DNA of 11,306 bases. Source: a bacterium (lineage in GTDB: Bacteria; Hinthialibacterota; Hinthialibacteria; Hinthialibacterales; Hinthialibacteraceae). The stretch covers positions 1 to 11,306 of the forward strand of contig JBHGBC010000181.1 in NCBI GenBank assembly GCA_041946805.1, read 5' to 3'. A model generated the notes under the pieces. That model had not been told where the DNA came from and did no database searches. It worked only from the letters and a program-made list of their open reading frames with translations. Each line of letters begins with the position of its first letter. Positions within the stretch are counted from its first letter, which is position 1. Positions 1 to 6,700 of the stretch are shown here, piece after piece. The position numbers and the translations under genes are program-made.

Positions 1-18
1 TCGTTTTTGGGGTAACAT
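1..18 (-). CDS. 5' end of a gene running off the left edge (MLPQKR...), product unknown
   Basis: The minus strand reads AGGAGGT-ATATA-ATG TTA CCC CAA AAA CGA: a perfect Shine-Dalgarno (30..24) 5 nt before an ATG at 18. Only 6 codons are visible. Confidence 0.7.
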
Positions 19-46
19 TATATACCTCCTCGGTTGTGTACGGAGA

Positions 47-69
47 GTAGCCCAGAGGGAGAGGGAATT
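47..69 (+). repeat. Truncated copy of the boxC-like element, preceded by GTAG
   Basis: 51-69 CCCAGAGGGAGAGGGAATT is identical (19/19) to 9212-9230. GTAG lies at 47-50. Confidence 0.7.
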
Positions 70-379
70 TTGGAGGTGGTTTTCATCGATCACTTCGAAG
101 AGATGCGAACCGGCGATCCGAAAAAAAGTATGCACTTGCCCGATGAGCCCTTTTTTTTCTCCTTTGATTCCCTTCTTCCATGAGATGTGAAGATACTTTT
201 TACCGGTGATGGATTACACCACGCGCTTTAATCCATCCTGCATAAACATCATCGCGGAAGCAGGAGCGCGGCGCGGCGTGCCTCTTCTTGTTATTCCGCC
301 CTCCGTGTCCACGCGGAGCCTGAGCGCCTGTCCGGCCGGAGCCCCGGGAGATACAATGGTGAATCCAGGGAGCTACAAC

Positions 380-934
380 ATGAAAAACACACGTGGATTC
401 ACGTTGATCGAGTTGCTCATCGTGGTGGCGATCATCGGCATTTTGGCGGCGGTCGCGGTGCCCAATTTCCTCAACGCGCAGGTGCGGGCGAAGGTGACCC
501 GCGTGGAAGCCGATTTCCGCACCCTGGCCACCGCGCTGGAGGCGTATCACATCAGCTGCGGGAATTACCCGGTGGCGCATTTGATTGACCAGCAAATCGC
601 GTCGGGCACGGCCTTGAGCCGGTTCTCGGCGCTGACCACGCCCATCGCCTTCATCTCGTTCTACCCGTCCGATCCCTTCGGCAAAAAGAAAGAGAGTTTG
701 GAATTCCATACACAGACCTACGACTATTACGATTGGACTTCGGCCAAGCTGGCGGGCAACGCGCCCGGCTCGACGCGGGGCTCGTACTGGCGGATCGCCA
801 GCGCGGGGCCGGACAAGATCCAGATGGTGGGCTTTTCCGTGGATTACCAACCCAGCAACGGCGTGCTGAGCAAGGGCGACATCGTCCGCCTGGGTTCACC
901 CTGGATGCCCTTCGATAAGAGAGCGTTGCAGTGA
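380..934 (+). CDS. Prepilin-type N-terminal cleavage/methylation protein, GspG-like pseudopilin (184 aa)
   Basis: MKNTRG|FTLIELLIVVAIIGILAAVAVP is a class III signal (G-1, F+1, E+5). GspG-like motifs ALEAYxxxxGNYP, DPF and SAGPD follow. RBS AGGGAG at 367-372 precedes ATG 380, so the start is moved from the track's 206. Confidence 0.9.
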   Translation: MKNTRGFTLIELLIVVAIIGILAAVAVPNFLNAQVRAKVTRVEADFRTLATALEAYHISCGNYPVAHLIDQQIASGTALSRFSALTTPIAFISFYPSDPFGKKKESLEFHTQTYDYYDWTSAKLAGNAPGSTRGSYWRIASAGPDKIQMVGFSVDYQPSNGVLSKGDIVRLGSPWMPFDKRALQ

Positions 935-979
935 GGTTTCAGTTCGGGGGACAGGTACTGCGATATTCATTAATGTCAT

Positions 980-1003
980 ATTGAATCAAAGAATTGATTC
1001 AAT
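980..1003. terminator. Perfect AT-rich inverted repeat between convergent genes (possible bidirectional terminator or protein-binding dyad)
   Basis: ATTGAATCAA-AGAA-TTGATTCAAT: 10-bp perfect arms with a 4-nt loop, followed by TTCTTC on +. Confidence 0.4.
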
Positions 1004-1079
1004 TTCTTCGGGGTTTGACAAATCGTAATCCTTCCCTCGGAAATATCCATCTCTCCCCGCGCGGCGGTTCTCCGCCCCC

Positions 1080-1466
1080 TCACGGATGGATGTTGTTATA
1101 ATCCTCATGCGTCAACAGCTGCTTGGGGACGATGCGGTTGTCCTGGTCTTCGCAGATCATCCGGTAGCCATTGCCCACCGGGATCGAGAGGATATGGCGG
1201 TCATAATGCATCCGCTTGCCGCCCAGTTCCGCGATCGAATCCCCCGCCTGGATCCGCGCCAGCACATGCCGGGCCTTGCGCACGATGCCCTTGGGGAAGC
1301 CCCGCAAATCGATCACGTCACGGGCAAACGAGTCGGCCCATTGCCGCTTGGCCGCCTCGCGCCGCGCCATCTGTTGTTGTTCATTCTCGCGTTGTTGTTT
1401 CTCCTGTCCGCACCGATGGCAATACTGCCCTTTCCCGGTATGTCCACACTCGAATTTTCGTTTCAT
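1080..1466 (-). CDS. Small protein with N-terminal Cys/His Zn-binding motif and C-terminal RelE/ParE-like domain (128 aa)
   Basis: MKRKFECGHTGKGQYCHRC (C-x-H...C-x2-C), then a Q/E/R-rich helical linker, then GGKRMHYDRHILSIPVGNGYRMIC...LLTHEDYN, resembling the RelE/ParE YR...H-x-x-Y pattern. Purine-rich GGGAAGAAAAG precedes ATG 1466. Confidence 0.7.
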   Translation of the reverse strand: MKRKFECGHTGKGQYCHRCGQEKQQRENEQQQMARREAAKRQWADSFARDVIDLRGFPKGIVRKARHVLARIQAGDSIAELGGKRMHYDRHILSIPVGNGYRMICEDQDNRIVPKQLLTHEDYNNIHP

Positions 1467-1603
1467 CTTTTCTTCCCATATTCCTGCCCGAACTTCATGG
1501 GATCCCACTATTATTTTGACAACGGAGTACAATGTTTTATGCGCCTCCGTTCGCGCCGCTGGATCGCTGAACACGGCCACCTTCGGATATTATCGATACC
1601 CGG

Positions 1604-3241
1604 CTATTTAATCAACACGATCCCATGCCCTCCCTCCGCCACCGCGGCGCACGTTTGTTTCAGATCCGGCATGAATCCCATCCCATATTTCATCACGTAG
1701 GGAAAGACATTGAAAATCCGTTCTTGTAACGCGGCTTCGGGATACAGCGCGCTCCGCAGGGATTCGACGTGATCGCGGATTTTTTGCCCGGTGCCGGCCA
1801 GACGGCGGACCAGGAGGGATTCGGAGTTTTCGATTTCCTTCCGGATTTTGCCGAGATTCTTCTCCAACACCGCCACAATCGTAGGATCGGCCTCCCGCGC
1901 CTGGTTGATCCAGGTATCGAACAAAGCCGCCATGGATGCCTTCACGTTCGCTTTGAGGCCGGACCAATCGATTCCGGAAGCGGCGCGTGTGATCCTCTTC
2001 ACCAGGGCGGCGGGATGTTCGAACAAGTCACCCGGAACCAGGCCGTACCGCTCCAAGAGTTGCATCTCGCGCCCCTCGATCAAGGTGCATCCGAACCGGG
2101 GAACCAGGACCGGCCGGGGCACGCCGTGGTTTTCATATACACCCCGGAGTAAGACATGATACCCCGCCTCGCTGGGCCCGAGCACGAAGCCCGCCGTGGG
2201 AAACACCGCGTCCTGAATCACCGGCCGCAGGATGGCGGAGCTCGAAAACACCTCCGGCTGCCGATCCAACCGCCTGAGAAGTTCATCCCGCGTGTAGGTT
2301 TTATCCTCGCCCGCGAACCGGCCATCATCCACGATACGCAGGGGGATCCGCTGGTCCTCCTCGATCAAAAAAAACGAGGCCCGGTCGGCGCGCTTGTGCA
2401 ATTGCGCGGGGAGGCCCAGGCGGTCCCACCGTCCGCTGATTTCCTCCACGCTCGCGGCGGCATGGGCAGGCTGGCGGATCTCCTTCTCCATCAACGGCCG
2501 CGCCGCTTCCCGGACGAAGGAGTCATCCGGCCGGAGAATCAAGAGACCCTCGTTGGGGAACAAGGTCCAGATCAGCCGGTCGATGAAATCCGGATACCAT
2601 GCGGCCGGCCGGGCGCAGGAACGGACAGTCTCCAGGATGGATGAAACATATTCGGTGGGGTGAAGGCTGGATTGAATTTGTTGAAGCAGATCCTCCAACG
2701 GGCATTCCGATCGAGGGATCCGAAAATACGGACGCCGGCTTTGCGCGTCACCCGGCCAAGCGAACGTGGCGATGGTTTTATCCTTGGTCAGCCATTTGTA
2801 AACCGCGATTTCGGGAAAATCATGGTCTTCCGCCGCGTTCCAATACGCGGGGAGAAATGTTTGCGGCCGTTCCCGGGACAGTTTGTCCGCCAGTAAAATG
2901 GCGTGCAGGATCTTGTAGACCACCAGCAAAGGGCCGCCCAACAATCCCGGCTGCTGTCCCGCCACAATCAGAAAAACATCGGGATGGTTTATTTGATCGA
3001 TGGCCGCCAACGTGGAGGCCGGCGCGCCCCGGCGCTCATGCGATTCCTTCAGCGAACGCGCCAATATCCGCCGGTCGATTCCTCGCTCGATATAGGCCCG
3101 CCGCTCGCGGATTACCGAGTCCAGCCGATGAAGGGTGGGAGGAGTCAAATCCCCCAGCGCCGGATCGGGATTCAGCAAGAGTTGATAATAAGGCCGCGGC
3201 CCCACCATGGGCGGCGCGTTCCACTGCGATACCAATTCCAT
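1604..3241 (-). CDS. bshC: Bacillithiol biosynthesis cysteine-adding enzyme BshC (~545 aa)
   Basis: BshC motifs AGQQPGLLGGPLLVVYK, W-x-AAEDHDFPEI, SSAILRPVIQDAVFP-x5-GPSEAGY, VPR and C-terminal YP-x3-LQER-x2-N. ATG 3241 has GAGG upstream; GTG 3280 is an alternative start. Confidence 0.93.
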   Translation of the reverse strand: MELVSQWNAPPMVGPRPYYQLLLNPDPALGDLTPPTLHRLDSVIRERRAYIERGIDRRILARSLKESHERRGAPASTLAAIDQINHPDVFLIVAGQQPGLLGGPLLVVYKILHAILLADKLSRERPQTFLPAYWNAAEDHDFPEIAVYKWLTKDKTIATFAWPGDAQSRRPYFRIPRSECPLEDLLQQIQSSLHPTEYVSSILETVRSCARPAAWYPDFIDRLIWTLFPNEGLLILRPDDSFVREAARPLMEKEIRQPAHAAASVEEISGRWDRLGLPAQLHKRADRASFFLIEEDQRIPLRIVDDGRFAGEDKTYTRDELLRRLDRQPEVFSSSAILRPVIQDAVFPTAGFVLGPSEAGYHVLLRGVYENHGVPRPVLVPRFGCTLIEGREMQLLERYGLVPGDLFEHPAALVKRITRAASGIDWSGLKANVKASMAALFDTWINQAREADPTIVAVLEKNLGKIRKEIENSESLLVRRLAGTGQKIRDHVESLRSALYPEAALQERIFNVFPYVMKYGMGFMPDLKQTCAAVAEGGHGIVLIK

Positions 3242-3288
3242 GCCTGCCTCGCGGAAAATCGCTTTCCCCGGATAAATCACTGGTTCAT

Positions 3289-3320
3289 CTTAGTATGCCA
3301 TCAATTCCATTTATACTAAG
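3289..3320. promoter_or_regulatory. Symmetric dyad / candidate bidirectional promoter between bshC and rlmI
   Basis: CTTAGTAT-N16-ATACTAAG is a perfect 8-bp inverted repeat. It contains TATACT (+, 3312-3317) and CATACT (-, 3297-3292) as -10-like hexamers. Confidence 0.55.
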
Positions 3321-3357
3321 GGATCAAATCCTGTCGCGATCGGACACCAAACAACCC

Positions 3358-4575
3358 ATGCGGACCCCGAGCAAACCAAAATCCACGTTCCTGACTGTCA
3401 CCTTGAAACCCCGGGGGGGCAAACGGGCCAAAACCGGCCATCCCTGGATCTTCAGCAACGAAGTCGAGCATCCCGCGCCTCTGCCGGAACCGGGCGTGCT
3501 GGTCCAGGTTTTAGATGACGGGCGCAATTTTCTCGGCTACGCCACCTACAATCCGCACAGCCTCATCGCGCTGCGATTGCTATCCCGGGACCCGGAGGAC
3601 CTCCCCGGTTCGGTGGAATGGTTCGTTTCCCGGATCCAGCGCGCGGTGTCGCTGCGGCGGTGGCTTTACCCCGCCCGCCAGTCCTATCGCCTGATTTACG
3701 CCGATTCCGATTATCTGCCGGGCGTGATCGTGGACCGGTACGAGGATATTTCGGCCGTGCAGGTGCTAAGCGCGGGGATGGAGCGCCTCACCCCGCCGTT
3801 TCTGGAAGCCCTGAAACAGGTGGTTTCCCCCAAGGCCATCGTGCTGCGCAACACCAACGAGAAACGGAAACTGGAAGGCCTGGATTTGTACGAAAAGATG
3901 GCGCATGGCTCCGTGTCCGGATTCCAGCAAATCGATGAATATGGCGTTCGCCTTTGGGTGGATGTCCAATCCGGCCAGAAAACCGGCCATTTTTTCGATC
4001 AGGCGGAAAATCGCATGGCGCTGTCGGCTTACGCCTTGGACGCGGAAGTTCTGGATCTGTTCTGCCATACCGGCGCCTGGGCGTTGACCTTGCTGCGGGC
4101 GGGGGCCCGAAACGCCATCGCCGTCGATTCCTCCGCCCCCGCGTTGACGCTCGCCCAGAAGAACGCGGAATTGAACGGCCTGGCCAGCCAGATGAAATGC
4201 GTCCAGGCCGACGCCTTCGCCTGGCTGTCCCAGGCGCGGAAATCCGAATGGCGGTTCGATATCGTGGTGGTGGATCCCCCCGCGTTCGCGAAAACCGCCA
4301 AGGAGGCGCACCAGGCCCTCCGTGGCTATGAAGACCTCAACCGCCAGGCCCTTCACGTGGTCCGCGACGGCGGCGTTTTCTGTTCGTGCTCCTGTTCGTC
4401 TTACATCACCGAAGAACAGTTCCTCCAAACGCTCCAACGCGCGGCGGTCCGCGAACACCGGCGGATCACCATCTTCGAAATCCGGGGACAAGCCCGTGAC
4501 CATCCCATCCTGCCCGCCATGCCCGAATCGCGCTACCTGAAATGCGTGATGGGGAGGGTGGAACCGATGCAATAA
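3358..4575 (+). CDS. rlmI: RlmI/RlmK-family class I SAM-dependent 23S rRNA methyltransferase (~405 aa)
   Basis: PUA-like N-terminus GHPWIFSNE, YRLIYADSDYLPGVIVDRY, GQKTGHFFDQ, VLDLFCHTG (SAM binding), DIVVVDPPAF, SCSCSS and DHP-x6-ESRYLK. The track's 2599 start overlaps bshC and is rejected. Confidence 0.92.
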   Translation: MRTPSKPKSTFLTVTLKPRGGKRAKTGHPWIFSNEVEHPAPLPEPGVLVQVLDDGRNFLGYATYNPHSLIALRLLSRDPEDLPGSVEWFVSRIQRAVSLRRWLYPARQSYRLIYADSDYLPGVIVDRYEDISAVQVLSAGMERLTPPFLEALKQVVSPKAIVLRNTNEKRKLEGLDLYEKMAHGSVSGFQQIDEYGVRLWVDVQSGQKTGHFFDQAENRMALSAYALDAEVLDLFCHTGAWALTLLRAGARNAIAVDSSAPALTLAQKNAELNGLASQMKCVQADAFAWLSQARKSEWRFDIVVVDPPAFAKTAKEAHQALRGYEDLNRQALHVVRDGGVFCSCSCSSYITEEQFLQTLQRAAVREHRRITIFEIRGQARDHPILPAMPESRYLKCVMGRVEPMQ

Positions 4576-4581
4576 ATCCCC

Positions 4582-5418
4582 CTACCACCTCCCGCTGGCG
4601 CCTCCACCGCCAGAGAGGCCGCCCCCGAAGCCGCCGAAGCTGCTTCCTCCCCCGAATCCCCCGCCGAAATGCGAACCGCCCCGCCAATGGTCATCCCGCC
4701 GCTGCCCTCCCCCCATAAGCATGTAGAGCAAAAACAAGTTCGGATGCCGAATGAAAAAGTAGAACACCAGCAGCGTAAAAAACAAACTGAAAAGCGATTG
4801 GAAAAAGCCCCCTTCCGCCTGGGATGACGATGCGCGGCCTGGCCCCCGCGCGGATGAGGGATTCACATTGAATTCGCTCAGGGGAATGTTGTATTCCTTG
4901 GCGATTTCCGCGATCAGGGCGGTACACAGATTCAGCAATCCCTCCCCATACTGCCCCTGCCGGAACGCGTTGGGCAGCAAGGTCCGCCCCAGGCGCGAGG
5001 CCGTGATGTCCGGAACCGCTCCTTCCAGGCCGTAACCCACTTCCACCCGCCATTCCCGTTCTTTCAGGGCTATTACGATGAGGAGGCCGTTGTTTTTATT
5101 TTTTTGGCCGATCCCCCACGACTCGAAAAGGCTGACCGCCGCTTCCTCGATGCTCCCATATCCCCGGTCCGCCAGGCTGGGAATCGTCACCACCGCCAGT
5201 TGCGCCGTGGTTTTCTCTTGCAGCCGCCGGGCCAGCGCGTTAAGGCTTTCCTCTTGCGGAGCGGGGATCACGTCCGCGAAATCCGAAACATAGTTCACCG
5301 GTTGCGGCCAAGGTTGTGGCGCGGCCCCGGCGCTGGATAATCCAGCCCAAAGAAGAACGGGAAACCATCCGGCCAAAGGAACCGCCAGCCATGATCTCCT
5401 GGAATGAAATCCCCTCAT
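4582..5418 (-). CDS. TPM-domain (YgcG-like) membrane protein with Gly-rich tail (278 aa)
   Basis: Signal peptide, then VSDFADVI, QLAVVTIPSL, LFESWGIGQKNKNNGLLIVIA and RVEVGYGLEGAVPD, one TM helix, and C-terminal FGGFGGGLSGGGGASGRW. Confidence 0.93.
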   Translation of the reverse strand: MRGFHSRRSWLAVPLAGWFPVLLWAGLSSAGAAPQPWPQPVNYVSDFADVIPAPQEESLNALARRLQEKTTAQLAVVTIPSLADRGYGSIEEAAVSLFESWGIGQKNKNNGLLIVIALKEREWRVEVGYGLEGAVPDITASRLGRTLLPNAFRQGQYGEGLLNLCTALIAEIAKEYNIPLSEFNVNPSSARGPGRASSSQAEGGFFQSLFSLFFTLLVFYFFIRHPNLFLLYMLMGGGQRRDDHWRGGSHFGGGFGGGSSFGGFGGGLSGGGGASGRW

Positions 5419-5451
5419 GATTGCCTTTCCGCGGCCGTATTCAGGAACCGG

Positions 5452-6204
5452 TTAGGGCCGCTCCCAGCGGTCGATCAAATCCGCCAGTTTCACCAGGACC
5501 TCGATAAATTCGCCATACACGGAAACCGCCTCCGCGGGGGGAATGGCGGCCCGGCCGGCCGTCTGCTCCCAAATCCGGCGGAGCGGAATCACCGAAAACC
5601 GCAGGCGGGTTTCGAGGGCTTGCAAGATCAGGTCCTTATTCAAGGGAGGGGCCGTGACGCCCACAAACCGCAGCAGGTTGCGAAGCACGGGAAACAATTG
5701 CTTCTGCGCATCCACCAGCAGGTTGGTCAGTTCCCGGTCCAGCCCCCGGTGTTCCATGTAGATCTGCCGTAGCCGGATCAATTTTCCCTTGATCTGCTCC
5801 TCGATCTTCACCCGCAGAAGTTCCATCGGGATTTCCAGGGAATTGACTCGGTCCGTTTCTCCATAAAGAAAGAGATGCTTGTCCTGGATCTCGATGAACT
5901 CCAAGGGGAACGTATCCGTGGAACGCTTCAGCGTGTTCACCGACAAGCACAGCGGGGCCGCGATCCGGTTTTTCCGCCCCCCTTGGACCATCGGCTGCAT
6001 CCGCCGCGCATCCGCGAAATGAAACGTGTCGAACAACACCAGAGAATTGACATCCGATTGACCAGGCAAATAATCGCCCGTCACCACACTGCCGTGGAGG
6101 TAGATCGAATCCACGCGCGGGCCGAATACCGCAGCCACCTGTTCAAAGTAACTCCGCGCGGCCGGCCGGATAGCCTCCGGCACGGCTTCCAGATTTTTCA
6201 GCAT
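5452..6204 (-). CDS. Pol-beta superfamily nucleotidyltransferase-domain protein of the type found with lemA/TPM genes (250 aa)
   Basis: SIYLHGS-x11-DVN signature (hGS...D-x-N), DTFPLEF motif and a helical C-terminal domain. RBS GGAAGGAG before ATG 6204. Its stop lies 33 nt upstream of the TPM gene, consistent with an operon. Confidence 0.82.
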   Translation of the reverse strand: MLKNLEAVPEAIRPAARSYFEQVAAVFGPRVDSIYLHGSVVTGDYLPGQSDVNSLVLFDTFHFADARRMQPMVQGGRKNRIAAPLCLSVNTLKRSTDTFPLEFIEIQDKHLFLYGETDRVNSLEIPMELLRVKIEEQIKGKLIRLRQIYMEHRGLDRELTNLLVDAQKQLFPVLRNLLRFVGVTAPPLNKDLILQALETRLRFSVIPLRRIWEQTAGRAAIPPAEAVSVYGEFIEVLVKLADLIDRWERP

Positions 6205-6433
6205 GCTCCGCTCCTTCCGCTCTCCCCTACGTTCGCCTCTCCAGCACGCCGGACGCCAATCTCCTGCTCTGCGTCCGGGAAAATATACTCGATTACCTCC
6301 CGCTGAACCAGCAAGCGGAGAGGCCGGGAGAGATTTTCCACTTCCTGGCCTTCCATTTCATAGTTGATTAAATTGATCGGAATAGATTTGTTTCATCACC
6401 ATTTACATAAAGTTGGATGGATACATCTTCCAC

Positions 6434-6462
6434 CTGACAGATTGCCAAAGTGTTTCTATATT
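6434..6462 (+). promoter_or_regulatory. Sigma70-type promoter for the porin gene
   Basis: CTGACA (6434-6439)-N17-TATATT (6457-6462) matches each consensus hexamer 5/6 and lies in an AT-rich divergent intergenic region. Confidence 0.55.
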
Positions 6463-6700
6463 TAATACGAGTTCACTTGCCAATGGATTATTGCCGGCTG
6501 GATTGTAAAGCCGTTGTCCGGGAATGAATACGCGACCCATGCACGCGGCCCATTGATCAGACGGATGGCTAATCCATTAAATATCCTCCGCGGGTTATGA
6601 AGGAAGCCATCAGGAAGGTATTATCATGCTGTATCTCCGCCGTGGGTGGATACGGACTCGCGGTCCATTCCATAATCAACACTGGCAAAGGATAAGTCTC

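Noticed and set aside
121..160. A7 and T8 runs as a terminator or phase-variable tract
   Set aside because: No GC stem precedes the T run, the runs are non-coding and short, and no promoter could be tied to them.
200..850. 216-aa minus-strand ORF and the 206 start of the pilin ORF
   Set aside because: The minus ORF is a shadow of the pilin gene. The prepilin leader and RBS place the real start at 380.
2599..3357. 658-aa N-terminally extended methyltransferase (apparent fusion)
   Set aside because: The extension is antisense to bshC, is Pro/Arg-rich and has no motifs. RlmI homology begins near 3358.
3358..4575. Methyltransferase beside bshC as an N-methyl-bacillithiol synthase (NmbA)
   Set aside because: It has the PUA domain and full motif set of RlmI-type rRNA methyltransferases.
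4585..4690. GGC/GGN-rich repeats as a tandem repeat or array
   Set aside because: They encode the ordinary Gly-rich C-terminal tail of the TPM protein.
6390..6420. Possible Pho box (GTTTCAT...TTTACAT) upstream of the porin promoter
   Set aside because: The half-sites are 12 rather than 11 nt apart and match poorly. It cannot be supported without a lineage-specific matrix.
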